A stretch of DNA of 64,000 bases, from assembly GCA_963828165.1 (NCBI GenBank), contig CAWHDR010000001.1, forward strand, positions 1,984,001-2,048,000, given 5' to 3'. The DNA is from an uncultured Chloroflexia bacterium (GTDB lineage: Bacteria; Chloroflexota; Limnocylindria; Limnocylindrales; CSP1-4). Made by a program: the position numbers and the translations under genes. Of this stretch, positions 46,574 through 56,391 are shown in pieces. Positions within the stretch are counted from its first letter, which is position 1. Every line of letters begins with the position of its first letter. Under the pieces are notes generated by a model. The model was not told where the DNA came from, ran no database searches, and saw only the letters and a list, made by a program, of their open reading frames with translations.

Positions 46574-47751
46574 CCAGCGAACGTCACGAGTGGGACGTCG
46601 TCGTGGTCGGCCTGGGCGCGATCGGGTCGGCCGCGGCCTACTGGGCGACCACCCGTCCCGGCACCCGCGTCCTCGGTCTCGAGCAGTTCGAGCTTGGGCA
46701 CGCGAACGGCGCGTCCGCGGACCACAGTCGGATCATCCGTCTGTCCTACCACCGACCCGACTACGTTCGGTTGGCCAAACGCGCGTTCGAGACATGGGCC
46801 GAGGTGGAGGCCGAGGCCGACGAGCGGATCGTCACGGTGACGGGCGGGCTCGACCTCTGGCCCGCGGACCCCGGCATCCCGATGGGCGACTACACGGACA
46901 GCCTTGCCGCCGAAGCCGTCCCGTTCGAGATCCTCGACGCCGCCGAGGTCATGCGGCGCTGGCCGCAGTGGCACCTCCCGGACGACGTCACCGCGATGTG
47001 GCAATCGCGAGGCGGACTCGCCGACCCCTATCGCGGGAACGCCGCGCATCGGCGGCTGGCGACGGCCCGCGGCGCCGCCCTCGTCGACCGCACGCCCGTC
47101 ACGGCGATCCGGGGGGCAGGAGGTGCCTACGAGGTGGATGCCGGCGGCGAAACCCATGTCGCCGGCCGCGTCATCCTGGCCGCCGACGCCTGGACCAACC
47201 CACTGCTGGCCTCGTTCGACCGGCGCCTGCCCCTGACCGTGACGAAGGAACAGGTCACCTACTTCGCGGCGCCCGATCCAGCCGCCTTCGCGCCCGACCG
47301 GTTCCCGGTCTGGATCTGGATGGACGAACCGTCCTTCTACGGCATCCCGACCTATGGCGAGGCCGGTCCCAAGGTCGCCCAGGATGCAGGCGGGCAGCCG
47401 ACGACACCCGACGAGCGGACGTTCGACCGCGACGACGCGATGTACGGTCGCGTGCGGCGATTCACCGAGACGTACCTGCCCGACGCCGCTGGCCCCGAGC
47501 TCCTCACGAAGACGTGTCTGTACACGCTGACGCCGGATCGGGATTTCGTCGTGGACCGCGTTCCTGACGCGCCCGGCGTCGTCGTCGGGCTCGGCGCGGG
47601 CCACGGGTTCAAGTTCGCTTCCGTCCTCGGCCGCATCCTCGTCGAGCTGGCCCTGGACGGGCGATCGCCGTCCGACGGCGAGCTGGGCGGATTTCGGATC
47701 GACCGGCCCATCCTGCTCGAGCGCGATCCCGCGACGAGCTGGCTGGTCTGA
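46570..47751 (+). CDS. solA: Monomeric sarcosine / N-methyltryptophan oxidase family
   Basis: VVGLGAIGSAA, GASADHSRIIR, TCLYTLTPDRDF, GHGFKFAS. Confidence 0.85.
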   Translation: MTSERHEWDVVVVGLGAIGSAAAYWATTRPGTRVLGLEQFELGHANGASADHSRIIRLSYHRPDYVRLAKRAFETWAEVEAEADERIVTVTGGLDLWPADPGIPMGDYTDSLAAEAVPFEILDAAEVMRRWPQWHLPDDVTAMWQSRGGLADPYRGNAAHRRLATARGAALVDRTPVTAIRGAGGAYEVDAGGETHVAGRVILAADAWTNPLLASFDRRLPLTVTKEQVTYFAAPDPAAFAPDRFPVWIWMDEPSFYGIPTYGEAGPKVAQDAGGQPTTPDERTFDRDDAMYGRVRRFTETYLPDAAGPELLTKTCLYTLTPDRDFVVDRVPDAPGVVVGLGAGHGFKFASVLGRILVELALDGRSPSDGELGGFRIDRPILLERDPATSWLV

Positions 47752-47884
47752 GGCGCACGCTGCGGGTCGTTCCTTGCACCGCCCCCCGGCGTATGCCACC
47801 GTACGGCCACTCGGCCGGGATGGACGAGTTCGGGAGGACAACGGGCGGCCAGGAACGCAAACCGGCCGCATGGAGGAGGCTTCG

Positions 47885-49801
47885 ATGCGATCTCCCCTGC
47901 ATGCTCGCACGGTTCGCGCGGTCGCTGCCGCCGGCCTGATCGCGGCGCTGCTGCTTCCAGCCGCGATCCCTGCGACGGCGCAGACCACGATCGTGCTCCG
48001 TGCCGGCACGGATCAGGATCTGCAGGTCCTCAACCCCTGGCACTCGGTCCTCGTCGTCGACTACGAGGCCTTCACGCTCAACTACGACCTGCTCGTAGGC
48101 TTTGGCCAGGATCTCCAGCCGGCCCCGGGCTTCGCCGAGTCGTGGTCGTCGTCTGCGGATGGGATGACCCATACCTTCAAGATCCGCGAGGGGATGACCT
48201 GGTCCGACGGAGAGCCGGCGACATCAGAGGATGCGCGCTGGACCTACCAGCTCGTGCTGGACGCCGTAGCATCTGAGGCGGGCGGCCTCGGATCGTTCTA
48301 CCTGGAGCCGTACCTCACGAATGCCGGCTTGAAGGCCGTCACGGCGCCGGATCCGCTGACCCTCGTCGTCGAGACGTCCTTCCCGACCACCCTTCTGACG
48401 CAGGCCTACGTGCCGATCCTGCCCAAGCACATCTGGGAGGACTACTCCCTGGAGCAGATCGGCAACTCGGAGGCGGACGGCTTCTTCAAGAACGAGCCGC
48501 CGGTCGTCGGCACGGGCCCCTACCAGGCGGTCTCATGGGAGCCCGGTGACAACATCCGGTTCGCACGCAACGAGTCGTACTGGGGCGACCAGGGCGCGGC
48601 CGACGAGATCATCATCCAGAACTTCGAGAGCACGGACACGATGACCCAGGCCCTCAAGACCGGCGAGGTCGACTACATCCGCGGCGTCGGCGCCGACCAG
48701 TTCGACGCGCTCGCCTCGGAGGAGGGGATCGAGACCGTCGAGGGCTTCGCGAACGGGTACTCGTACCTGTCCTTCAACACGAAGGGGAACGCGGAGGGAT
48801 ACGGCGGCTCGACCTCGGCCCTCGCCGATGTCGCGTTCCGTGACGCCCTTGGCTATGCCATCGACCCGGCCCGCCTGGTCGATGCGACCCTGGCCGGCCA
48901 CGGTGTGCCCGGGACGACGAATGTTCCGCCGTACCACGCCAACTGGCACGTGGCGCCAGCCAGTCCACGGACCTTCGACATCGAGGAGGCGAAGCGTCGA
49001 CTCGATGCCGCCGGGTACCCGCTCGACGCCGGCGGACGTCGGCTCGACAAGGACGGCGAGCAGATCACCCTTCGGTTGACGTGGCCCGACTCGGAAGCCG
49101 AGATGGCCACGAACGCACAGTTCATCCAGGGCTGGTACCAGGAGCTCGGCATCACGGTCGATGCTGCGGTGACCGAGGAAGGCAAGCTGCTCGAAGACCT
49201 CCTGGGTCCACCCGATGGCCCCGCGAACTGGGACTTCTACATGTGGGGCTGGGTGGGCGATCCGGATCCGATGTCGCTGCTCTCGTTCTTCACGTCCGGT
49301 CAGCTGGGCGGCCTCAACGACAGCTTCTACGCCAACGATCGCTACGACGAGCTGTTCGAGCTCCAGCAGAAAGCCCTCGACCCCGTCGAGCGCAAGGGCT
49401 ACATCGCCGAGATGCAGGAGATCTTCTATCGCGATGCCCCGTACCACGTCATGTATTACGACTCGGAGCTGCACGCCTACCGGACGGACACGTTCAGCGG
49501 CTGGGAGAACCAGCCACCCGAGAGTGGCACGCCCCTGTTCGGGTACGGCCCGATCGGCTACACCAAGCTCACCCTGGCATCGGAGGCCGCACCCAGCGCC
49601 TCGGCACCCGCGAGCGGCGGGGCTGCGGCCAGCGGTGGCGCCACCACGCCGGCGCCGACCCAGCCGGCGCCCACGAATCCGCTCGCGGGCAACACGCCGC
49701 TGCTCGCGGTCATCCTGGCGCTCGTCGCCGTCGCGGTGGTCGGGCTGGTCCTCGTGCGGCGACGCCGCACCACGACGGTCACAACGACGGAGGACGAGTG
49801 A
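47885..49801 (+). CDS. Peptide/nickel ABC substrate-binding protein with C-terminal TM anchor
   Basis: Signal peptide (ATA/Q), PGFAESW, FKIREGMTWSDGEP, VGTGPY, P/A/S-rich linker, TM helix followed by RRRR. Confidence 0.9.
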   Translation: MRSPLHARTVRAVAAAGLIAALLLPAAIPATAQTTIVLRAGTDQDLQVLNPWHSVLVVDYEAFTLNYDLLVGFGQDLQPAPGFAESWSSSADGMTHTFKIREGMTWSDGEPATSEDARWTYQLVLDAVASEAGGLGSFYLEPYLTNAGLKAVTAPDPLTLVVETSFPTTLLTQAYVPILPKHIWEDYSLEQIGNSEADGFFKNEPPVVGTGPYQAVSWEPGDNIRFARNESYWGDQGAADEIIIQNFESTDTMTQALKTGEVDYIRGVGADQFDALASEEGIETVEGFANGYSYLSFNTKGNAEGYGGSTSALADVAFRDALGYAIDPARLVDATLAGHGVPGTTNVPPYHANWHVAPASPRTFDIEEAKRRLDAAGYPLDAGGRRLDKDGEQITLRLTWPDSEAEMATNAQFIQGWYQELGITVDAAVTEEGKLLEDLLGPPDGPANWDFYMWGWVGDPDPMSLLSFFTSGQLGGLNDSFYANDRYDELFELQQKALDPVERKGYIAEMQEIFYRDAPYHVMYYDSELHAYRTDTFSGWENQPPESGTPLFGYGPIGYTKLTLASEAAPSASAPASGGAAASGGATTPAPTQPAPTNPLAGNTPLLAVILALVAVAVVGLVLVRRRRTTTVTTTEDE

Positions 49802-49802
49802 C

Positions 49803-49824
49803 CGAGCGGGCTGCGGCCCGCTCG
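49803..49824 (+). terminator. GC-rich stem-loop after the binding-protein gene
   Basis: CGAGCGGGC-TGCG-GCCCGCTCG perfect 9-bp stem with no U-tract; more likely an mRNA stabiliser or partial terminator. Confidence 0.5.
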
Positions 49825-49884
49825 CCGGTCACGGGCCGGGGGGGCCGCGTTCGCGCGGTCCCCGCCCGGTAACGCCGGGCGCCC

Positions 49885-50859
49885 GTGGGCTTGCGCTATC
49901 TCGCCCGAAGGGTCGCCGCCGCCCTGCTGACGATCCTCTTCATCGTCCTGCTCAACTTCGTCCTGTTCCGGATGATGCCTGGGTCGCCGGAACGGATCCT
50001 TGGGCGCAACCCGAACGTGACGCCGGAGATCCTCGCCGCCAAGCGCGCCCAGTGGGGCCTCGACAAGCCGGTTTTTCCCGACCAGTTCGCCGCGTACATC
50101 AGCTCCACCGTCCAGGGCGATCTCGGCTTCTCATTCGTGGCGCGCGGCCGGAGCGTCGTGGAGGTCCTGGGCCAACGGATCGGCCCGACACTGCTGCTGT
50201 TCGGGCTGGGCGAGATCATCGCCATCGTGGTCGGCCTGGCGCTGGGTGCCTATTCGGGCTGGAAACGCGGCGGCCCGGTCGACCACGTCGGGAATGCCGC
50301 ATCGCTGCTCCTCTACTCGACCCCGTACTTCCTCCTCGGTATGGCGCTCCTGCTGATCTTCGCGACGACGCTCGGCTGGTTCCCGACGTTCGGGATGCTC
50401 ACCGCCGGGGCGACGTACGCGTCCCCACTCGACAAGCTCGCCGATCTCGGGCGCCATCTCGTGCTTCCGGTCGCGACGGTCGCGCTCGGGCTCATCGGCC
50501 AGTACGCGATCGTCATGCGCTCGTCGATCGTCGAGACGCTCTCGGACGACTACGTGACGACGGCCCGGGCGAAAGGGTTGCGCGACGATCAAGTGCTGCG
50601 CCGGCACGCGCTCCCGAACGCGATGCTGCCGACGGTCACGCTGATCGCGATCAACCTGGGCTACGTCGTGGCCGGCGCCATCACCGTGGAGGTCGTCTTC
50701 AACTGGCCGGGTCTCGGCACGCTGACGGTCGAAGCGCTGTCGGCTCGCGACTACCCGGTCCTGCAGGGCATCTTCCTGTTGCTCTCGGTGTCGGTCGTGC
50801 TGGCCAACCTCGGAGCGGACATGCTGTACGGCAGACTGGACCCGCGGGTGCGGACATGA
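49885..50859 (+). CDS. ABC permease (DppB/OppB-like)
   Basis: MPGSP, WGLDKP, GDLGFS, DYVTTARAKGL, RHALPNA, FNWPGLG, RDYPVLQG. Confidence 0.92.
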   Translation: MGLRYLARRVAAALLTILFIVLLNFVLFRMMPGSPERILGRNPNVTPEILAAKRAQWGLDKPVFPDQFAAYISSTVQGDLGFSFVARGRSVVEVLGQRIGPTLLLFGLGEIIAIVVGLALGAYSGWKRGGPVDHVGNAASLLLYSTPYFLLGMALLLIFATTLGWFPTFGMLTAGATYASPLDKLADLGRHLVLPVATVALGLIGQYAIVMRSSIVETLSDDYVTTARAKGLRDDQVLRRHALPNAMLPTVTLIAINLGYVVAGAITVEVVFNWPGLGTLTVEALSARDYPVLQGIFLLLSVSVVLANLGADMLYGRLDPRVRT

Positions 50860-51806
50860 CCGCCGCGCCCGTCCCGGTCCCGACCGTCATCGACCGACCC
50901 CGCGGCCGAACGGGTCAGGCGCGACACTTCCTGGGCCGGCTGCTCGGCCGCAGGGATTCGGCGGTGGGCGTGGCGCTCATGCTGGTGTTCACCGTCGCCG
51001 CGCTGATTCCGACGATCCTCGTCGGGCCGCTCGAGACCGCGGTGACCGCGACCGGCCCGCGGCTGGCCCCACCGAGCGCCGGCTATCCGCTGGGCACCGA
51101 CGAGCTGGGTCGAAGCATGCTGAACCTGACCGTCCATGCCACCCGGGTTTCCATGGTCATCGGGCTATTGGCCACGGTCGTGACCGTGTTCGTCGGCGCC
51201 GTCGTCGGGATCGTCGCCGGGTTCGTCGGGGGCCGCCTCGATGCCGTGCTCATGCGGATCGCCGACCTGTTCCTCGTGATCCCGACCTTCGTCCTGGCCA
51301 TCATCCTGACGTCCCTCATCCGCGACGCCCTGGGTGGCGCCACGACCGAGTTCTTCGGGATCCGGGTCGGGCTCCTGGTGATCGTCGTCGTCATCGGGAT
51401 CACGTCGTGGTCGTCGACGGCGCGCATCCTCCGCTCGGAGACGCTGTCGCTGAAGCAGCGCGCGTTCGTGGACCGGGCACGGGTGATCGGGGCGGGCCCC
51501 GGTCACATCATGCGCCGGCACCTCCTGCCGAACGTCGTGAACCTGATCGTCGCGAACGCGGTCCTCGTCTTCGCGGGGGCCGTGCTGACCGAGACGACCC
51601 TGTCGTTCGTCGGCCTGGGTGATCCACTCCAGCCCTCGTGGGGCCAGCTGCTCGATGCGGCACGGGAGGTCGGGGCGCCCGGCCTCGGAGCGTGGTGGTA
51701 TTTCGTGCCGCCCGGCGTCTGCATCGTCCTCGTCGTCTTCGCGTTCACGCTCGTGGGCGGGGCGCTCGACGACATCCTCAACCCGAAGCGGCGACATCGC
51801 CGATGA
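50856..51806 (+). CDS. ABC permease (DppC/OppC-like)
   Basis: PLGTDELGRS, ARILR, FVDRARVIGA, RHLLPNV, LSFVGLG, PSWG; ATGA overlap. Confidence 0.92.
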   Translation: MTAAPVPVPTVIDRPRGRTGQARHFLGRLLGRRDSAVGVALMLVFTVAALIPTILVGPLETAVTATGPRLAPPSAGYPLGTDELGRSMLNLTVHATRVSMVIGLLATVVTVFVGAVVGIVAGFVGGRLDAVLMRIADLFLVIPTFVLAIILTSLIRDALGGATTEFFGIRVGLLVIVVVIGITSWSSTARILRSETLSLKQRAFVDRARVIGAGPGHIMRRHLLPNVVNLIVANAVLVFAGAVLTETTLSFVGLGDPLQPSWGQLLDAAREVGAPGLGAWWYFVPPGVCIVLVVFAFTLVGGALDDILNPKRRHRR

Positions 51807-53035
51807 CCGTCCTCGAGGACGGTGCGTCGATCGCGGAGCCGGGCGGCGGCGTTGGCAGCGCCGCGGACCGCGCCGCAGACCGCGCCGCGATCCGCGCGAG
51901 ACGGCCGTGGCCACTGCCGAAGCAGGCGATCCCGGATGCCCCGCTCCTCGAGGTTGACGACCTCACCGTGCATTTCAGCTTGCCGAACGGCCGCGTAGAG
52001 GCGGTCCGTGGGGTCAGCTTCGCCATGAACGACGGCGAGGCACTCGGGATCGCCGGCGAGTCGGGCTGCGGCAAGACGACGATGGCGCTGTCGCTCGTGC
52101 GCCTGCTGCCGGAGAACGGGCGAGTGGTCAGCGGCAGTGTCAGGCTCTTTGGCATCGACCTCGTACCGAAGACCGAGCGCCAGCTCCTGCGCTACCGCTG
52201 GCGCGAGATCGCGATCGTGTTCCAGGGCGCGATGAATGCGCTCAACCCGGTGCGCCGCGTCCGCGACCAGATCGCCGAGCCCATCGAGCTTCGCCTCGGC
52301 CTCCCGCGCGACGCGTCCCGGGCGCGCGCCGGAGAGTTGCTCGAGCTCGTCGGGATACCCAGCAAGCGTGGTGGCGCCTATCCCCACGAGCTGTCGGGTG
52401 GCATGCGCCAGCGGGTGATGATCGCGATGGCCCTGGCCTGTGACCCGGCGCTCGTCATCGGCGACGAGCCAACGACGGCGCTCGACGTGATGGTCCAGGC
52501 GCAGATCCTCGAGCTCCTCGAACAGCTCCGTCGCGAGCTTGGGTTGTCGCAGTTGCTCATCACGCACGACCTGTCGGTCATCGCCGAGACCTGCGATCGC
52601 GTCTTGGTGATGTATGCGGGCAAGGTGGCCGAGGAAGGGCCGGTCCAACGCGTGTTCGCGGCGCCCCGCCATCCGTACACGCAGAAGCTGCTGTCGTCAT
52701 TCCCGAACTTGCGCGCGGACCGGCGAACCCTCGACGTCATCCCGGGCGCGCCGCCGGATCTGCGCAATCCCCCGGTCGGCTGCCCATTCGCGCCGCGATG
52801 CCCGGCGGTGATGCCGGTATGCACGGAGGTGATGCCGCCAGAAGTCCACTTCGCGGACGGCGTCCGGGTGGCCTGTCATCTCTACCCGCCTGAGACCGAG
52901 GGCGCCTTGGCGGCTCCCGTGGTGGTCGCCGAGCCCCTGCCGCTGGAAGCCGCACCGGTGCCCGAGGCCGGGCCGCCGGTGGGTGCGGGTACGGCGGCCG
53001 CGGACCGCGAGGGCATCCCCGAGGGGGCGCCATGA
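51803..53035 (+). CDS. ABC ATP-binding protein (DppD-like)
   Basis: [40 protein letters not shown]. Confidence 0.93.
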   Translation: MTVLEDGASIAEPGGGVGSAADRAADRAAIRARRPWPLPKQAIPDAPLLEVDDLTVHFSLPNGRVEAVRGVSFAMNDGEALGIAGESGCGKTTMALSLVRLLPENGRVVSGSVRLFGIDLVPKTERQLLRYRWREIAIVFQGAMNALNPVRRVRDQIAEPIELRLGLPRDASRARAGELLELVGIPSKRGGAYPHELSGGMRQRVMIAMALACDPALVIGDEPTTALDVMVQAQILELLEQLRRELGLSQLLITHDLSVIAETCDRVLVMYAGKVAEEGPVQRVFAAPRHPYTQKLLSSFPNLRADRRTLDVIPGAPPDLRNPPVGCPFAPRCPAVMPVCTEVMPPEVHFADGVRVACHLYPPETEGALAAPVVVAEPLPLEAAPVPEAGPPVGAGTAAADREGIPEGAP

Positions 53036-54108
53036 GCGAGATCCTGCGACTCGAGGGGCTCGAGGTGCATTTCCGCGTGGGCGGCGGGCTGCTGGATTCG
53101 ATCGCCCGGCGACCGCCCGCCTTCGTGCGCGCCGTGGACGGGATCGATCTGACACTCGAGAAGGGCGAGGTCCTCGCGCTGGTCGGCGAGTCGGGGAGTG
53201 GCAAGACCACGACCGGCCGGGTGATCGTGAAGCTGACGCCCCAGACGAGCGGGCGGATCACGTTCGACGGACAGGATGTCAGCACGCTGTGGGGGACGCG
53301 CGAGCTCCGGGACTACCGACGGCGCGTCCAGCTGATCTTCCAGGATCCATACGAGACGTTGAACCCGCGGCAGACGATCCTTGATTTCGTGCGCGAACCC
53401 CTGGTCGTCAATCGGCTCGGCTTCGATCGCGCCGAGCGGGATCGGCGGGCGCTGGAGGCGCTCGACGCGGCGGGCCTTCGGCCGGCCGCGGAGTACGGGC
53501 ACCGCTATCCACACGAGCTGTCAGGGGGCCAGCGCCAGCGGGTCGTGATCGCCGGCGCGCTCGTCATGGGGCCGGAGCTGATCGTGGCCGACGAGCCCGT
53601 CTCGATGCTGGACGTCTCGATCCGCACCGAGCTCCTGCGCCTGATGCTGGAGCTGCGTCGCGAACGCGGGCTGACCTATTTGTTCATCACCCACGATCTG
53701 TCCCTGGCCTGGGTGATCGCCGACCGGATCGCCGTGATGTACCTGGGCAAGATCATGGAGATCGGCCCGGCCGAGTCCGTCATCCGCGACCCGCGCAACC
53801 CCTATACGCAGGCACTCGTATCCGTATCGCCATCGCCCGATCCGCCGACGGTCGGCGAACGGGCCCAGCGGACGATCCTCAAGGGTGAGACGCCGGACGC
53901 GGCGCACATCCCGGTCGGCTGCCGCTTCAACCCGCGCTGCCCCAAGGTCTTCGACCGATGCCTGGTCGAGGAGCCGCCGCTCATCGACGTGGGCGGCGGC
54001 CAGGCGGCGGCATGCTGGCTGGCCGAGCCCGGGATGGCGGATGGCGGGCGTGCCCTGCCGATGGCGGGCGCCGTGGTTCAGGCGACGACCGCGGAGCCCG
54101 CAACGTGA
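53032..54108 (+). CDS. ABC ATP-binding protein (DppF-like)
   Basis: GESGSGKT, IFQDPY, LSGGQRQR, DEPVSMLD, GCRFNPRC. Confidence 0.93.
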   Translation: MSEILRLEGLEVHFRVGGGLLDSIARRPPAFVRAVDGIDLTLEKGEVLALVGESGSGKTTTGRVIVKLTPQTSGRITFDGQDVSTLWGTRELRDYRRRVQLIFQDPYETLNPRQTILDFVREPLVVNRLGFDRAERDRRALEALDAAGLRPAAEYGHRYPHELSGGQRQRVVIAGALVMGPELIVADEPVSMLDVSIRTELLRLMLELRRERGLTYLFITHDLSLAWVIADRIAVMYLGKIMEIGPAESVIRDPRNPYTQALVSVSPSPDPPTVGERAQRTILKGETPDAAHIPVGCRFNPRCPKVFDRCLVEEPPLIDVGGGQAAACWLAEPGMADGGRALPMAGAVVQATTAEPAT

Positions 54109-54677
54109 CCGACCCGTTCGCTGCCGACGCCGAGGCCCTCGTTGCGCTCGACCTGCCGACGATCGAGGGCCTGCTGGCGGCGGGCGCGACGGCCGTCTCG
54201 GCCGAGATCGCCGGCCTGGGCGCCGCCGCGGCCTGGCGCCCTGCCCCCGGCGAGTGGTGCGCCAACGAATGCGTCGGCCACCTCATCGAGGCCGAGCGCC
54301 GCGGGTTCGCCGGGCGGATCCGCCGCATCGTCGACGCGACGAAGGGCGACGAACCGCATCTGCCGCCCGACCTCGAAGCGTGGGATCCACCCGCGGTCGC
54401 TACCGCTCGCCGGGACGACCTCCGCGACCCCGCCGAGCTGGTCGACGAGTTCGTGGCGCTTCGGGCGGACGGCGTGGCCCTGGTCCGGACGCTGTCCGTG
54501 GACGACCTTCATCGCACTGGCGTGCATCCCGATGTCGGGCCGCTCCGTGTGGACGAGCTCCTCGGCGAGTGGGTCCATCACGACCGCAACCACATCCGCC
54601 AGCTCCTGGCAGTGACGCAGGCTCGCGTCTGGGGTCAGATGGGCAACGCCCGCCGGTTCAGCCTCGACGAGGAGTGA
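54105..54677 (+). CDS. DinB family protein
   Basis: WRPAPGEWCANECVGHL, HHDRNHIRQL; GTGA overlap. Confidence 0.82.
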   Translation: MTDPFAADAEALVALDLPTIEGLLAAGATAVSAEIAGLGAAAAWRPAPGEWCANECVGHLIEAERRGFAGRIRRIVDATKGDEPHLPPDLEAWDPPAVATARRDDLRDPAELVDEFVALRADGVALVRTLSVDDLHRTGVHPDVGPLRVDELLGEWVHHDRNHIRQLLAVTQARVWGQMGNARRFSLDEE

Positions 54678-54720
54678 CGAGCAGTCCCGGTACGACCGCG
54701 GCGAGCCCCGGTGCCGGAGC

Positions 54721-55383
54721 CTAGTCCAGCGCCTCCTCGTCCCCGCCGTCGATGACGCGATAGATCCCCCAGCCGAGCACGGAACCCACGATCGGGGCGA
54801 CGATGTAGACCCACAGCGAGGTGAGGTCCCCCCCGACCAGCGCGGAGCCCAGCGAGCGTGCTGGATTGACCGATGCGCCCGTGAGCGGGGCGGACGCGAA
54901 GTGGATCGCGACGAGGGTGAGCGGGATCGCGAGCGGAGCGAGCCGGGGCGCACGCTTGGTCGAGGCCAGGATGACCGCCACGAAGGCGGCCGTCAGCACC
55001 GTCTCCAGGATGAGGGCGCCGATCTCGGTGACGCCGTTGCCGGGCTTGGTGACGCCAGCAGCGACCGACGCCTGACCGACGACCGCCAGCACGAGCGCGG
55101 CCGCTCCGATGGCACCGATCACCTGCGCCACGATGTAGCCGACCGCATCCATCGGGAGCAACCGCCGGTCGATGACCATCGCCACGGTGACCGCGGGATT
55201 GAAGTGCCCGCCGGAGATGTGCCCCACGGCGAAGATCGCCGCAAGGAGACCGAGGCTGAACGAGAACGGCACGACGAGCAGCCCCGGGGCGTCTGCGGCC
55301 ATGAACGAAGCCACCGACGCATAGCCGATCGTGAGGAACAGGAACGTACCGACCAGCTCGGCCAGGTACTTGCGGGTCGACAT
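54721..55383 (-). CDS. Aquaporin (MIP family)
   Basis: AELVGT, ISGGHFNPAVT and GASVNPARS; GGAGG SD. Confidence 0.93.
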   Translation of the reverse strand: MSTRKYLAELVGTFLFLTIGYASVASFMAADAPGLLVVPFSFSLGLLAAIFAVGHISGGHFNPAVTVAMVIDRRLLPMDAVGYIVAQVIGAIGAAALVLAVVGQASVAAGVTKPGNGVTEIGALILETVLTAAFVAVILASTKRAPRLAPLAIPLTLVAIHFASAPLTGASVNPARSLGSALVGGDLTSLWVYIVAPIVGSVLGWGIYRVIDGGDEEALD

Positions 55384-55443
55384 GGTCCCTCCTGTGGTTC
55401 GAGCGGTCGCAAGCGACCGTCTGGGCACGCCGATGCTACCCGG

Positions 55444-56064
55444 TCAGTCCACCGTCGCGCGAGCTGCCCGCAGCAGGAGTGCGTCGCCCCAGGCTCGGCA
55501 CAGGACCTCGATGAGCTCGAGCCGATCGACCGCGGCGACGAGGTCCCGACCGACCGCGACCGCGCCGTGCCGCTCGAGCAGGACGGCGTTCGCGTATGGC
55601 TCCGGCCCGTCGGTCATGGCCGTCACGATCCGTTCGGCGAGGTCGGCGCTACCCATCTCGCCAAAGCGCACGAACGGGAGGCGCGGGATGAACAGGGCCG
55701 TCTCGGGGAGGACATTCGGATCGGGGATCTCGCCGGCGAGGGTCAAGGCGATCGAGGCCGGCAGATGGGCATGCACGACCGCACCCATGTCCGGCCGGCC
55801 AGCGTGGACGGCGAGATGGATCGCCAGGTCCGAGGAGGGCGCCAGGCCCGACGCCGAGCGTGCTTCACGGTCCATCCGTTCGAGCGGCACGACGACGATG
55901 TCATCGGCCCCGAGCTCGTCCTTGCGCCGCCCGCTCGGTGTGATCGCGAGTCGTTCATCGTCGAGCCGGACCGAAAGGTTGCCCTCACCGGCCGAGATGA
56001 GGCCGCGCGCACCGAGCCGACGCCCAGCCGCGAGGATGGCATCGGTCGCATGAGCCAGATCCAT
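55444..56064 (-). CDS. Class II aldolase/adducin family protein
   Basis: EGNLSVR, ITPSG, PSSD..IH, VVHAH, LLERHG. Confidence 0.88.
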   Translation of the reverse strand: MDLAHATDAILAAGRRLGARGLISAGEGNLSVRLDDERLAITPSGRRKDELGADDIVVVPLERMDREARSASGLAPSSDLAIHLAVHAGRPDMGAVVHAHLPASIALTLAGEIPDPNVLPETALFIPRLPFVRFGEMGSADLAERIVTAMTDGPEPYANAVLLERHGAVAVGRDLVAAVDRLELIEVLCRAWGDALLLRAARATVD

Positions 56065-56195
56065 CCGCGGATGCTACGGCAGCGGCATCGACGGCGACCC
56101 GATCACGGCCAGCGATGTGGGCGATACCACGATCGAATCATCCGTTGATGGACCCGTCGTCGCCTACCTGAAGCCCCTCGCGGCGTAACCCGCGG

Positions 56196-56333
56196 TTAGG
56201 CGACGGCGTCGAGCGCGACGAACGGATCCGGCGCGATCTCGGCGGCGATGCCGCAGCCATCGCAGGTGACGAGCGTCAGCGCCTCGTCCGCCGTGGCCTC
56301 GCCCGCGCAGAGCGGGCAATCGATCGTGATCAT
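56196..56333 (-). CDS. 45-aa CxxC...CxxC zinc-ribbon microprotein
   Basis: Below the ORF-track cutoff: MITIDCPLCAGEATADEALTLVTCDGCGIAAEIAPDPFVALDAVA; AAGGAG SD 8 nt upstream; GC3-rich codons. Confidence 0.75.
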   Translation of the reverse strand: MITIDCPLCAGEATADEALTLVTCDGCGIAAEIAPDPFVALDAVA

Positions 56334-56363
56334 CAGTTGGACTCCTTCTGCCGGTTGGCTTGA

Positions 56364-56390
56364 CACGGAGTCTCGGAGCGGGGTGTGACA
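56364..56390 (-). promoter_or_regulatory. ECF-type promoter-like sequence
   Basis: TGTCACA-N16-CGTG upstream of the microprotein; resembles the ECF41 consensus TGTCACA-n16-CGTC. Confidence 0.45.
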
Positions 56391-56391
56391 G

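Noticed and set aside
49215-50855. 863-aa ORF suggesting a long fused permease
   Set aside because: The upstream part is an off-frame overlap of the binding protein and DppB genes; the real start is 50856
56117-56188. Short + strand ORF ending PLAA-stop (ssrA-tag-like)
   Set aside because: No SD, no tmRNA structure, and it lies in the aldolase upstream region; probably chance
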